Notes: generated by a model from the sequence alone, not told the origin. Positions 19,274-29,705 are shown, counted from the first letter of the stretch. The stretch is 64,000 nt of DNA from an uncultured bacterium (GCA_963827235.1 CAWHAE010000016.1:608001-672000); one strand, 5' to 3'. Numbers and translations are program-made.

Positions 19274-20923
19274 TTACTGTGTATAGCTGCGAAGAACCCA
19301 GCCGTCAATACTCGACGCGGGCAAAGCGACGTGCGCCCAGTGGGTCGTAAGGGCAAGAACCTGAAGCGTCGTACCCTGCTTGACCTCCGCGATTACCTGG
19401 TGGTCCTGCCCAGGACCGCTACGGATATTCAGGATCGAGGCGGCAACCGTGATGAGCGTCGCGTGCACAATTAGGGCCGTGCCGTCGTCGGTCAATTGCA
19501 CGGCGCCGGACGCTCTTTGCACCGCGCCGGCGGCCTTCGACGGCGGCGCAGTCAGCGGCCTGGCGACCCAGCCGGTCGTGCCTCCCGGCAGCACAACCGC
19601 GGCCCAGTGCGGCGTGCTGCGCACGAGCTGCATCTCCGTACCGCCGTACACGGAACCGCTGACAGGATACTGCAGGCCCGGTCCGCTTCTCACGTGAAGC
19701 AGCGGTACCGTCGGCACGATGTAGGCGGTCGACTGGCCCGACCTACCGGAGACGTCGATGTACTGGCGCACCACCCAGCCCTGCGACCCGTCTCGCGTCT
19801 TGATACTTGCCCAGTGGGGCGAGAAAGAGAGAACCTCCACCTTGTCCTTCTGGTACACAGACGTCACGATCGCATGGTTCTCGCCGGGGCCGGAACGCAC
19901 GTTCAAGCCGAGCACGTTCACCGTTCCCACGGTCGAACCCGCCGGCGGCCAAGTCGGGCGCGCAGCTGAGTCCGCACTATCCCAGTCCTGGTAGCCAGTC
20001 ACATACTTCTTGTCCACCCAGCCGGTCACGTTCTGGGGCAACGCGACGTCAATCCACGCTCCCTGCGTCTTGATGTAGCCGAGTTTGGCGCCACGTAGAG
20101 TCGTGCCGAGGATATGCGCTTTCAGCCCGGGGCCGCTGCGCACGTGTAGTCCGTCGCTCACGGACACCACGACGTAGTGCTTGTAGCTCTGCAAGAAATG
20201 CTGCAGTACGGGCTCGGACTCCAGAGGAAAGATCTTGTTCTGCCCACCGGAGCTCAGGATGTAGCTCGCCGGCTGGAGTTGATGCGCGGCCACGAAGGCA
20301 ATCGGATCCATGTAACCGGCAATCAGGCTGCTGTTCCCGAACGTGTATCCCCAGCCGTCTTCGTCGACGGTCTTGATCTCAAAGTGAAGGTGGGCGCCCG
20401 TCACGAAGCCGGTAGCACCCACCAGCCCGATCTCCTGGCCTTGCGTCACCACCTCGCCACTGTAGACCGTGAGACTGCCGAATGCCATGTGCTCGTACTG
20501 GGAGTACACGATGCTCCCATCGGGCAAGTAGTGCCGGATGCGAACCATGACACCGTAGCTTCCGTTGTATCCCGCGGTCACCACGATGCCGTTCGCCGTC
20601 GCGTGCACGACTGAGCTGGCGGTAGAAGTGGCCAGGTCGGTGCCCGTGTGCCCACAATAGTAGAGGCCGTAGAGATAATACCCCTGGTTCTGGGAGGGAT
20701 CGCATGAGGTATTGAAGCCCTGGGAGATGTAATAGCCGTTGCCGTTGTTCTGGTTCCAGGTAGGCTGGACCGTGCTCATGCCGACCGGATAGATAAACGA
20801 CGTGGCGATCGCCGCACCGCCTGTGCTAGTATTGTCTGACGACGGGGATGCCATGGCATTGAGCGGGCCGTACGGAAGAGCAGTCGCACACGTCAGCACG
20901 AGCGTTGCGGAGATCTGCTTCAA
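19274..20923 (-). CDS. Secreted M23 peptidase with four bacterial SH3 domains
   Basis: HTGTD and HLHFE zinc motifs; four L[HN][VI]RSGPG...W...GWV repeats. Confidence 0.9.
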   Translation of the reverse strand: MKQISATLVLTCATALPYGPLNAMASPSSDNTSTGGAAIATSFIYPVGMSTVQPTWNQNNGNGYYISQGFNTSCDPSQNQGYYLYGLYYCGHTGTDLATSTASSVVHATANGIVVTAGYNGSYGVMVRIRHYLPDGSIVYSQYEHMAFGSLTVYSGEVVTQGQEIGLVGATGFVTGAHLHFEIKTVDEDGWGYTFGNSSLIAGYMDPIAFVAAHQLQPASYILSSGGQNKIFPLESEPVLQHFLQSYKHYVVVSVSDGLHVRSGPGLKAHILGTTLRGAKLGYIKTQGAWIDVALPQNVTGWVDKKYVTGYQDWDSADSAARPTWPPAGSTVGTVNVLGLNVRSGPGENHAIVTSVYQKDKVEVLSFSPHWASIKTRDGSQGWVVRQYIDVSGRSGQSTAYIVPTVPLLHVRSGPGLQYPVSGSVYGGTEMQLVRSTPHWAAVVLPGGTTGWVARPLTAPPSKAAGAVQRASGAVQLTDDGTALIVHATLITVAASILNIRSGPGQDHQVIAEVKQGTTLQVLALTTHWAHVALPASSIDGWVLRSYTQ

Positions 20924-21068
20924 TCGGGATCTTGATACTGGCAGCTTGATAGTGTCACCTCGATCTGGAGTGGGCTAGAGCTGGCTTTGTGGCAACCGTA
21001 GCAGGCGACGTCAGCAGTGTCAATGGGTGGTGGCTCACAACTCACCACACACAAGATGGAGGGATGGG

Positions 21069-21260
21069 GTGGCAAAAAAGGACAAAGGGGCCGTGCAGAA
21101 ATGCAAAGCCTGTGGATCGCCGATGATCCTCGACGAGACTATCATCGAATCAGCAGGCAACAGGAGGATAAAGCGGGTGTTCCTTCACTGTGTGAACGGT
21201 GAGTGCGGGCACATCGACCGCCTGCGCGACGTCCTGGTTCAGCCAGGCGCCACGGCATAA
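21069..21260 (+). CDS. Small zinc-ribbon protein (63 aa)
   Basis: GGAGGGA RBS then GTG; MAKKDKGAVQKCKACGSPM...FLHCVNGECGH (C-x2-C-x25-C-x4-C). Confidence 0.7.
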   Translation: MAKKDKGAVQKCKACGSPMILDETIIESAGNRRIKRVFLHCVNGECGHIDRLRDVLVQPGATA

Positions 21261-21320
21261 TCAGGGGGCTCCGGCAGACGATCGCCGGCTGGACGCCGAT
21301 ATCGGGCGGGTGCGCGTGCC

Positions 21321-22850
21321 TCAGACGATCAGATCCGGCTCGCGGTTCACTGGTGGAGTCACAGGGAGTACCACGCCAAACGTGCTGCCTCCGACCTCGC
21401 CGCTGCGCACCCACATCTGGCCGCCGTGCTCGCGCACGATCGTATGGCTGATATACAGGCCGACACCCAGACCCGAGAAGTGTTGGGCGCGCGATCGCAC
21501 ACGGTAGAATCGCTGGAACAGTTGGCCTTGTTCCTCGGCGGGTATGCCCACTCCACTATCCGAAACGGTGATCGTGACCTCGGTGCGAGTGCCCTCGACA
21601 GTCACCCGCACCGGCCCGCCGTCCGGCGAGTACTTGACCGCATTGTCGAGCAGGTTGGTGAGTACCTGCTCCAGTCGCGTCGCGTCGCACAGAATCACAC
21701 CGCTGCTGCCGTCATCGTCCAGGAGGAAACTACGATCGGGATGGGCGGTGCGATGAACATCAACTGCCTCCCGCACGAGGTCAGTAACCGGGACCGGTGC
21801 GATGCGCAGGCTCATCCGGCCGGCGTGAATTCGCGACACGTCGAGTAGATCGGTTACCAAACGAGTCAATCTGTCGGCCTGGCGAACGATCTTGTCGGCG
21901 TTGGCAACGACGTCCTTCGCTTCCATCTTGTCCGCGTTCATCTGCGTGAGCTGCGCGTAGCCGCGGAGCGTGCTGATCGGGGTCTTGAGCTCGTGGGTCG
22001 CCATGGAGACGAACTCATCCTTCTGTCGCTCGCGCTCCCGCAGCACGGTGACGTCCCGGCACATCACCAGCCCGCCGGCAACCGTGTCCTCTCTGAGCAG
22101 CTTTGCCGCGGTGAACATGCAGTGCAGCTGGCAGGTATCCTCGCCCAGCTGCATGACTACTTCTCCGGCGAGCACGTTGGGACCGTTCAGCGGCCAGCCG
22201 GACGGCAAAACTTCCGCGACCGGAGTGAGCGCCGGCACCACGCGTACATTGAAGGCTTGGATGAGGTCCATCCACGGTCTGCCGGCATACGAGTCCACCG
22301 ACGTGCCGAGTAGCTTAGCCGCGCCGGGGTTGATCTCGACGATCCGGCCCTTGATGTCCAGCGTAATCACGGCCTCGGGCAAAGAGCGCAGCATGTCCTG
22401 CAAGGAGCAGAGCCCGGCCTCGGCCCTGGCAACCGCGGCGCGAGCACGCAGCGCGACGCTCTCCTGATTGCGCATTCTCTCTCGCTCGCGCTCCCGAATC
22501 TGAAGCTGCTGTATCACGACTGCCGCGGCCAGGCCCTGGGCCACCAGCGCAATCACGCGGTTCGCCAGCGCCGCGGTCGCCTCATCAGGAGGAGCGCCGA
22601 ATCCCGCCACCGCCACGGTAGCCACTGACGTGACCACGAAGACGAAGTATGTGGCGCGTGGTGCGCCGAGCACAAGGGTAAGCACGATGGGCGCGACGTA
22701 GAGCGCGGAGAAGACGACGTCCGCCGGATGCCAGGCGTCGCATGCGAACACAAGGGCGACCAGGATAGGAGGAAGGTACGCTAGCAGTATCGTGCGTAGC
22801 CCGCTGCCGGCTGGTGCAAAAACCTTCGTGCGCACCGCGTTCTGTTGCAT
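21321..22850 (-). CDS. Membrane PAS sensor histidine kinase
   Basis: N-terminal TM helices, PAS, HELKTP, NLLDNAVKYS, DSGVG, GLGVGL. Confidence 0.93.
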   Translation of the reverse strand: MQQNAVRTKVFAPAGSGLRTILLAYLPPILVALVFACDAWHPADVVFSALYVAPIVLTLVLGAPRATYFVFVVTSVATVAVAGFGAPPDEATAALANRVIALVAQGLAAAVVIQQLQIRERERERMRNQESVALRARAAVARAEAGLCSLQDMLRSLPEAVITLDIKGRIVEINPGAAKLLGTSVDSYAGRPWMDLIQAFNVRVVPALTPVAEVLPSGWPLNGPNVLAGEVVMQLGEDTCQLHCMFTAAKLLREDTVAGGLVMCRDVTVLRERERQKDEFVSMATHELKTPISTLRGYAQLTQMNADKMEAKDVVANADKIVRQADRLTRLVTDLLDVSRIHAGRMSLRIAPVPVTDLVREAVDVHRTAHPDRSFLLDDDGSSGVILCDATRLEQVLTNLLDNAVKYSPDGGPVRVTVEGTRTEVTITVSDSGVGIPAEEQGQLFQRFYRVRSRAQHFSGLGVGLYISHTIVREHGGQMWVRSGEVGGSTFGVVLPVTPPVNREPDLIV

Positions 22851-22936
22851 TTCCCTGTCTTGCGTTCGATGCCGGGCATAGGACTAGCAGTATTAGCGTA
22901 CGTGGTCCCGTGCCAATCAGATATAGGCATTTATAG

Positions 22937-23437
22937 CTAGCGCAGCTCACCACGAAAATACAGCAGTGGCGTGCCCGACTCCGACGAAGCGACATGGACC
23001 GCGCGGCCGAGAAACAGCGTGTGGTCGCCCGCGGCGATGACGCCGGTGGTGATGCAGTCAACATGAGCCAGCGCGCCGTCCAGCAGCGGCGCACCTGTTG
23101 TCGCCACGTGGCACGGGAAGACGGTGAACGCCGGATCGTCGTGCGACTGCTCCGGATCGGCGAAGTAATCAGCCAGCTCGCGCTGCTTCGCCGACAACAC
23201 GCTCAGGGCGAAGTTGTCGCTGTTCCTCATGGCCGCGTACATCCTGGTGCCCGTCTGGATGCTGATAAGCACGAGAAGCGGCGCGAGTGACACTGAGATC
23301 ACGGCGTTAGCGGTGACGCCATGCCGGCCGGATGAAGCAGCGGTCGTGGCAACAGTCACGCCCGAAGCGAGACAACTAAGCGCGGCCTTGAACTGGGCCG
23401 CGTCGACCTCAGGAGGAACATGGTCGTCCGTGTTCAT
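22937..23437 (-). CDS. Flavin reductase family protein
   Basis: GVTVAT, SVSL.P.LV, GAP.L, GDHTLF.G, PLLY motifs. Confidence 0.92.
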   Translation of the reverse strand: MNTDDHVPPEVDAAQFKAALSCLASGVTVATTAASSGRHGVTANAVISVSLAPLLVLISIQTGTRMYAAMRNSDNFALSVLSAKQRELADYFADPEQSHDDPAFTVFPCHVATTGAPLLDGALAHVDCITTGVIAAGDHTLFLGRAVHVASSESGTPLLYFRGELR

Positions 23438-23446
23438 GGACTCAGA

Positions 23447-24259
23447 TCAACAGGCCGGCGCCGTGAGTCTGCGGATGACGAACTCCTTGATGCGCTCCAC
23501 CTGTTCGTGCTCCCGACCCGCGAAGGTAGTGCCATACCACGACGCCAGCTCTTCGAAGCACATCTCGAACACGTCGTCCGGCAGGCGCCAGGTCTGGGAC
23601 CACAGCCGTTTGCGGATCGAGTCTAGCTCCTCGGCGTGCGACACCGTCGCCTGCCAGCTCACCGGCTTGATCACTTCAACGGCAAGTCCCGGTATGGTCG
23701 AGTGCAGGTAGTCTAGAAGCGACGAGGCGGCTTCCGACGAGTTCGGCACCGCATAACCCCGGCGGTTGACGATCTCCTTCCACTTCTCGGGTACGGACGG
23801 CAGTCCCGCGCCGTCGACCATGTCCGCGCAGATAAGGAGGCAACCCCCCGGGCGGAGCACGCGGAACAATTCCTGAACTGCCCGCCTGGCGTCTGCCATC
23901 AGGTGAAAGACGTGCACGGCAATCGCCGCGTCGAAGTCACCATCCTGGAACGGCAGATCATGCGCGTCGGCTTCTTCCACGCGAACCCGCAAGGGGCGCC
24001 CGCCTGCGGCAGAAGCCGCCAGCTTCTCGTGAAGCCTCGCCAGCATCTCCAGGGATATATCCACACCGGTCACATCGTAGCCAAGCTCTGCCAGCGGCAG
24101 GGCGATACGACCTGTGCCGACTCCAATCTCCAGAAAGCGGGTGGCGGCGGTAGCTTGGGCCGCAGCCGCCAGGCCCCGGCCGATTGCCAGTGCAACGTCG
24201 CGATCGTAACCGCGGGTCGCATCGTAGTAGCCCGCGGCACGGTCAAAGTTGATCGACAC
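23447..24259 (-). CDS. Class I SAM-dependent methyltransferase
   Basis: FDRAA..YD, LEIGVGTG, VDIS, LRPGG; GAGGAGG RBS before GTG 24259. Confidence 0.9.
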   Translation of the reverse strand: MSINFDRAAGYYDATRGYDRDVALAIGRGLAAAAQATAATRFLEIGVGTGRIALPLAELGYDVTGVDISLEMLARLHEKLAASAAGGRPLRVRVEEADAHDLPFQDGDFDAAIAVHVFHLMADARRAVQELFRVLRPGGCLLICADMVDGAGLPSVPEKWKEIVNRRGYAVPNSSEAASSLLDYLHSTIPGLAVEVIKPVSWQATVSHAEELDSIRKRLWSQTWRLPDDVFEMCFEELASWYGTTFAGREHEQVERIKEFVIRRLTAPAC

Positions 24260-24895
24260 GATTCTCGCCTCCTCGCACTGAGGCACCAGGGACGCCGAGC
24301 AATACGACGGGAAGGACAGCCCGCCAGGCCGAATGCCACGCAGTGCCGCGCACAATCGCTCTTCATCGTACCTGAAACCGGCCGTCACCCGATGAAGCCG
24401 GCGCTGTTCTCGCGTCCAGCCTGCCACCTGTCGTGGTCAGCGAACACCGGTCGTCGATTGTACCGCGATCGGTGCCACGGCCCTGGCTGACCGGCCCTGG
24501 GACATCGGCCATCTGGACGCCACGTGGACGTGACATCGCAGCCTTCACCTTCCGCGAGGAACGGACCGCGCACACGGCGATGGGTGATTCTCCGACGAAT
24601 GACAGTGCAGGGCCGAGGCCGCCTCCGCACCGGGCCTGTGAGCAACTCGCTTGCCACCTGGCGGCCAACAGGGCGGGCAAGATGCCCGAGCGATCCCGGG
24701 AATGGGCCAGGAGCCGCTCCTTGCCACGATTCGCGAGCGGCACCTGCGTGGGACGTGGAGCCCGCTCGCCGCCGCCGTGTGCCGGCCGGCATACGCCGAA
24801 TCGTGGCTGCGCGGGCAGATCGGGATACTCGCGGGCAGCTACGGCGCGCTGAAGAATCCGTGGCGCCAACGGACGGTGGCCCCGAAGTGACCCAA

Positions 24896-25192
24896 CTACA
24901 GGTGGATGAACAGCAGCGGGCGGACGCTCCCCTGCGCCTCCAGCGCTTCGACGCGCCCGGCAATCCAGGGCACAAGCGTGCGTATGGCACCCACCTCACG
25001 CTCAGTTCTGTCGGCCGACTGCACGAGGTGCAACAGCTCGGCTATCTTCACGCCCAGGTGGGCAATCTGAGCCTTCTGTACTGGAGTGGCACGGGCCACG
25101 GTAAGTGCTTGATAGCGCTCGCGCAGGCAGCCGACCTCACCTGCAATCTCGTTCTGAATGGAGTCTGGTCTCGCGATGCACGCCGTGCTCAT
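24896..25192 (-). CDS. Hypothetical helical protein (98 aa)
   Basis: GGGAGG RBS before ATG 25192; helical-bundle-like composition. Confidence 0.6.
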   Translation of the reverse strand: MSTACIARPDSIQNEIAGEVGCLRERYQALTVARATPVQKAQIAHLGVKIAELLHLVQSADRTEREVGAIRTLVPWIAGRVEALEAQGSVRPLLFIHL

Positions 25193-25332
25193 ACTTGTGC
25201 CCTCCCGTAATACTAGAACAAGTGTACTACAGGAGGCTTTGCATGGCAATACTCCAGGAACCTTGTCGTTTCGGGGAGCGGACAGGCGCCAGCCTATCCT
25301 GAGCACCGGGCCTCGCACCAGAGATCTCGGAG

Positions 25333-25776
25333 CTAGGCCCCGGAGCTGCCGAAACCGCCGCGCGCCGGGGCGTCCATGGCGGAGACCTCCTGCCACTGAG
25401 CGCGGTCGACACGCACAAAGATGCCTTGCGCCACGCGCTCGCCGCGGTGAACGTACACGGGCTCAGTGGTGAAGTTGTAGACCTGGCACAGTATCTCGTC
25501 GTCGTCGCCGCGATAGTCCTGGTCGATCACTCCTATTCCGTGCGGCACGGAGAGGCCCTTGCGCCGTGGCGTCGAGCTGCGCGAAGCCACCAGCAGCATG
25601 TACCCTTCCGGCGTGGCAACGGCCACACCGGTCGGCAACAGCGCTATCTGCCCCGGTTGAATGACAGTCTCCTCCCGGCAGAAGAGGTCAAAACCTACGG
25701 AGCCCGGTGACGTATACGCCGGCATCGGCAATTCTGGGTCGAGCCGGCGGATGGTGACAACGAGCTTCTCAGCCAC
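25333..25776 (-). CDS. dut: dUTP diphosphatase
   Basis: GFDL, SRSS, GVIDQDYRG, ERVAQ, RGGFGSSG motifs; GTG overlaps upstream gene end. Confidence 0.95.
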   Translation of the reverse strand: MAEKLVVTIRRLDPELPMPAYTSPGSVGFDLFCREETVIQPGQIALLPTGVAVATPEGYMLLVASRSSTPRRKGLSVPHGIGVIDQDYRGDDDEILCQVYNFTTEPVYVHRGERVAQGIFVRVDRAQWQEVSAMDAPARGGFGSSGA

Positions 25777-26602
25777 CGGGCAGGATAATGCCGCTCGGTC
25801 GCACGGAGCCCCCAGACGGTGGTAGCGGGCGGCCATAAGGATCAACCAGCCCGGATGACTGCTGCACGGGCTGTGCGGGCTCGCCCTCAGGGTTGCTGAG
25901 TCGCCGCGCTATCTCCATGAAGCGGTCCGTGACTTGCTTGGCCGGCACGCCATACTGCTTGGCCACCTCGTCCGGATCTGCCTCGATCCCGTCCAGAGCA
26001 AGCACACACATGTGCGTGGCCGCCAACCAAGCGGTGACATCGGCTGCCGGATTCAGGTCCCTGCGCAGGGCGTGCCAAAAGCGAAGCCCCTGCTCCAGCA
26101 TGTGCAGGCCCGCGCCATCAGCCTGCAGCTTGGCGAGAAGCAGCTTGTCCGCCGAGTCGATCTCTTCCGGATGCTCCAACTCAAGCTGCATCTGTCCGTT
26201 ATAGAACATCACGGTAGGCTCGAGTATGACGTCGACGGTGAAATCGAGATCAGCAGGGACCGGCCAGATGTCGTCGACCATCCAGGCGCCGTTCTCCGAG
26301 CGGAGGACCACGGTGCTTACAGACACGTCCTCATCTTGCGCGTCGCGTCCGCGCACCTCGGCCACCGCCATCTCTTCGCCGACCTCGGCCATCGAGAGCC
26401 CAATCTGCTTGGGATTGGCCGCTAGTCCCAGAGGGACTCCCAGGGCGCTCATGCCGAACAGTGCTACTCCTTCGCGCTTGATGCTCCTCTCCGAAAGTAC
26501 AGCGAGCGCCGCCGGGACGTCGTCGTGCAGCACAGCGTCAATCAACGCCGTCACGGGAGTAACCACCGGCTCGGCGATCGCCTCTTGCGGGCGTAAAGTC
26601 AT
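25769..26602 (-). CDS. Hypothetical acidic protein with possible C-terminal cyclin/TFIIB-like HTH
   Basis: Long ORF with GGAG RBS, coupled to dut; WLAA...EVAKQYGV...VTDRFMEI. Confidence 0.75.
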   Translation of the reverse strand: MTLRPQEAIAEPVVTPVTALIDAVLHDDVPAALAVLSERSIKREGVALFGMSALGVPLGLAANPKQIGLSMAEVGEEMAVAEVRGRDAQDEDVSVSTVVLRSENGAWMVDDIWPVPADLDFTVDVILEPTVMFYNGQMQLELEHPEEIDSADKLLLAKLQADGAGLHMLEQGLRFWHALRRDLNPAADVTAWLAATHMCVLALDGIEADPDEVAKQYGVPAKQVTDRFMEIARRLSNPEGEPAQPVQQSSGLVDPYGRPLPPSGGSVRPSGIILPGG

Positions 26603-26768
26603 CTCCGCAGGTCCCTTCGCTCCTCTGCCGGGAGTCCACTATCGAAAGGCAGTGCCCCGGCTCTCCGCGGATCCTAGCATCCCTGAGCGCTTGCGGACAA
26701 ATGCGCGCGAAGCGCCACAGAACACGCCATTTCGGCCCTGCCGGCGCCGTACCCTGCTGCGGGCCAGG

Positions 26769-28184
26769 CTATGTCGGATGGACCATCTGCTCCGGTCGCA
26801 CCCAAGCGTCGAAATCCTCGGGCGTAACCAGGCCGAGCTCCACAGCCGCCTCCTTGAGCGTGCTGCCGTCCTTATGCGCCCTCTTGGCTACGCGAGCCGA
26901 GTTATCGTAGCCAATGTGAGGGTTCAGTGCCGTCACCAGCATCAGGCTGTCCGAGACGTACGCGGCGATGCGCCTCGTATCAGGCTCGATGCCGACCACG
27001 CAATGCAGGCGAAAGCTTCGCGCTGCGTCGGCCAGCAGGCGGACCGAGTGCAAGAAGTTGTGAATGATCACGGTCTTGAAGACGTTCAGCTCGAAGTTGC
27101 CGCTGGCACCGCCGATATTGATCGCTACATCGTTACCCAGTACCTGGGCACAGACCATGGTGACCGCTTCGCTCTGCGTGGGATTCACCTTCCCGGGCAT
27201 AATCGAGCTGCCGGGCTCGTTCTCCGGGATACTCAGCTCTCCGATGCCGCAACGGGGCCCGCTGGCAAGCCAGCGAACGTCGTTGGCTATCTTGTTCATG
27301 GCGCAGGCCAGCGTCTTGAGCGCGCCGTGCGCTTCCACGACGGCGTCGTGGCTGGCCAGCGCCTCGAACTTGTTCTCGGCCGAGATGAATGGCAGCCCGG
27401 TCAGCTCGGCGATCTTGGCGGCGCTTCGCTCGGCGTACTCACGATGCGCATTCAGGCCGGTGCCGACTGCTGTGCCCCCCAGGGCAAGCTCGCACAGGTG
27501 CGGCATCGCGCTGTCGATGGCCCTGAGCGCATGATCGAGCTGCGACACGTAGCCGGAGAACTCCTGGCCGAGCGTGAGCGGCGTAGCGTCCTGGAGGTGC
27601 GTGCGACCGATCTTGACGATGCCGGCAAAGGCGATGGACTTCTCCTGCAAGGCGTCACGCAATGCCGCCACCTGTGGCTTGAGCAGTCGCTCGACCTGCT
27701 CGACCGCAGCGATGTGCATGGCGGTCGGGAAGGTATCGTTTGAGGACTGGCTCTTGTTCACGTCGTCGTTGGGGTGAATGGGCTTCTTCGACCCGAGAAC
27801 GCCGCCGGCGAGCTCTATGGCCCGATTTGAAATCACCTCGTTCGCGTTCATGTTTGTCTGCGTGCCGCTGCCAGTCTGCCATACTCGAAGCGGGAAGTGG
27901 TCGTCGAGCTTGCCCTCGATCACCTCGTCCGCCGCTTGCACGATCAGGTCGACTTTATCTTTCGGCAGTAACCCGAGATCGCCATTCGTCAGCGCCGCGG
28001 CTTTCTTCAAGATGCCCAGCGCCCAGATGAGGGAACGCGTAAACCGGTCCTCTCCGATGTCGAAGTAGCGCAATGAACGCTGCGTCTGAGCGCCCCAATA
28101 GCGATCGACCGGGACCTGGATTTCTCCCATGCTGTCGCTTTCACTGCGCGTCGCGGTGCTGCCAGTACCCATGGTCGTGCTCAT
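26769..28184 (-). CDS. fumC: Class II fumarate hydratase
   Basis: [30 protein letters not shown]; GGAGG RBS before ATG 28184. Confidence 0.97.
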   Translation of the reverse strand: MSTTMGTGSTATRSESDSMGEIQVPVDRYWGAQTQRSLRYFDIGEDRFTRSLIWALGILKKAAALTNGDLGLLPKDKVDLIVQAADEVIEGKLDDHFPLRVWQTGSGTQTNMNANEVISNRAIELAGGVLGSKKPIHPNDDVNKSQSSNDTFPTAMHIAAVEQVERLLKPQVAALRDALQEKSIAFAGIVKIGRTHLQDATPLTLGQEFSGYVSQLDHALRAIDSAMPHLCELALGGTAVGTGLNAHREYAERSAAKIAELTGLPFISAENKFEALASHDAVVEAHGALKTLACAMNKIANDVRWLASGPRCGIGELSIPENEPGSSIMPGKVNPTQSEAVTMVCAQVLGNDVAINIGGASGNFELNVFKTVIIHNFLHSVRLLADAARSFRLHCVVGIEPDTRRIAAYVSDSLMLVTALNPHIGYDNSARVAKRAHKDGSTLKEAAVELGLVTPEDFDAWVRPEQMVHPT

Positions 28185-28379
28185 TGGTTCCTCCCACAGT
28201 TGGTGAGCGATGCCAGGCAAGCACCCCTGTGGGGCACGACATGCGGCGCAGGTATGAGGCTAGTCGCCGGGGGCGTGGCCTGACATGAACTGGTCATGTT
28301 TCAGTATAGCTGGAGCGCAGGCATGTCACGGGCAGGGGGCGACGAGGGCTGACGAAATACTCGTGGCGCGGTCGTAACG

Positions 28380-28400
28380 GAGCACTCTACTCGAGTGCTC
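28380..28400. terminator. 8-bp inverted repeat downstream of HD-GYP gene (possible terminator or operator)
   Basis: GAGCACTC-tactc-GAGTGCTC; no U-tract. Confidence 0.3.
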
Positions 28401-28463
28401 GCCGTCCGCGGAGTACGTGCCCGATCCGCTAAGGATGGGCACTCAAGGCAGGCTGCCTGAAAC

Positions 28464-29450
28464 CTAGCGGCCTACCTCGAGGTCTCGCAGCGTCGACAGG
28501 AGGAAAGCATTGGCAGGGGCGAACTGGCGCCCGATACCGCGCTTCAACTCGGCGATTGCCTCGTCGGGGTCCCGTGGCGCCCTGTATGGGCGACCGGAGC
28601 GAATCGCCTCATAGGCGTCCGCCAAGCCGATCAACTGGGCATGAATGGGTATGGCGTCCTCGGACAAGCGATCCGGGTACCCGGTGCCGTCCCAGCGCTC
28701 GTGATGATGGCGGACCGACGGAGCGAGGTGAGCAAGACAGGCCACGCGGCGGACCATGCGGTCTCCGGCCGCGGGATGAATGCGCAGCGAGCTCCATTCG
28801 CCGTTGGAAAGGGTGCTGCGTTTGCGAAGCAGCTGAGTGGAGACGCCGATCTTGCCGATATCGTGCAGCACGGCGGCCGTCTCAAGCGCCAACAGGTCGC
28901 GCGCATTGAAGTTCATGGCTCGCCCGAGGCTCGCCGCGAGCCGTCGCACCGTGTACGAATGCCTGGCCGTGGCAGGCTCATGCGCCTCCAGCATCTGCAT
29001 CATGGCGTCCGCGGCCTGCTGCATCGTATCGAGGCGACCTGCCGAGGCAAGAAGCAGAGCGTGCACATGCGCAGCGTAGCCCCTGGCCAGGGCAATGTAC
29101 TCGTGCTGGCTGGCCACGTACCCGTAGTCATAGAGCACGACCAGCGCACCGCGCATACCGAGCACCGGCTCGACAGGAGAGGCAGCCAACCCCGGGCGGC
29201 TTACGCCTTCGCCGCTCTCGAGCACGCGCAGGGCGTGGGCCCTCCACGCATTGAGATGGCCACGGCCGGCCGCCATGTCCGAGAGCTCGCCACCTTTCGA
29301 GGCTAGCAGCAGCCTGGCACCGATGCCCGCGCCGGACGCCTCGTCGAGAATAGCTTGCAGTGCCGGCCGCAGCAGCAGATCACAGTCCCAAGGGCAGTCG
29401 CATATCGGCTGTGCCGGGTTAACCGGCAACAGCCTCGCTGCATTCAGCAT
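28464..29450 (-). CDS. HD-GYP c-di-GMP phosphodiesterase with degenerate GAF-like N-terminus
   Basis: H...T..HS, LHDIGK, HP..G, HHERWDGTGYP, LADAY, RPYR motifs. Confidence 0.92.
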   Translation of the reverse strand: MLNAARLLPVNPAQPICDCPWDCDLLLRPALQAILDEASGAGIGARLLLASKGGELSDMAAGRGHLNAWRAHALRVLESGEGVSRPGLAASPVEPVLGMRGALVVLYDYGYVASQHEYIALARGYAAHVHALLLASAGRLDTMQQAADAMMQMLEAHEPATARHSYTVRRLAASLGRAMNFNARDLLALETAAVLHDIGKIGVSTQLLRKRSTLSNGEWSSLRIHPAAGDRMVRRVACLAHLAPSVRHHHERWDGTGYPDRLSEDAIPIHAQLIGLADAYEAIRSGRPYRAPRDPDEAIAELKRGIGRQFAPANAFLLSTLRDLEVGR

Positions 29451-29673
29451 GGGTCACAGCCTTCCCGTACAGTCGTGGCAACAAGATGCTTGCAAACGTG
29501 CGCAGATCGCGTGCCTGGATGTCTGCCACCATGGCAGCCTCTTTGGCCGAAAGTCCGAATTCGAGCGCTGCCGCGCCGGGGTTGCCGAGCAAGGCCGCCC
29601 CAAACGAGTGATCGACCGCGGCGGTACCGATAAGCCGCTCGAAGCTTGCATGTAAAGTCGGATGCGGTGCCAT
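29419..29673 (-). CDS. Small NHLP/Nif11-leader-like protein (84 aa; resembles Franean1_4349/Os1348-type)
   Basis: MAPHPTLHASFERLIGTAAVDHSFGAALLGNPGAAALEFGLSAKEAAMVADIQARDLRTFASILL...; GAAAGGGA RBS; appears only as the C-terminus of track ORF 29419-30132. Confidence 0.8.
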   Translation of the reverse strand: MAPHPTLHASFERLIGTAAVDHSFGAALLGNPGAAALEFGLSAKEAAMVADIQARDLRTFASILLPRLYGKAVTHAECSEAVAG

Positions 29674-29705
29674 GATCAGGATCCCTTTCAGGTGGTAGGA
29701 GTGAT

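Noticed and set aside
19274-20170. Repeated sequence segments in the M23 gene
   Set aside because: Explained by four ordinary SH3b domains
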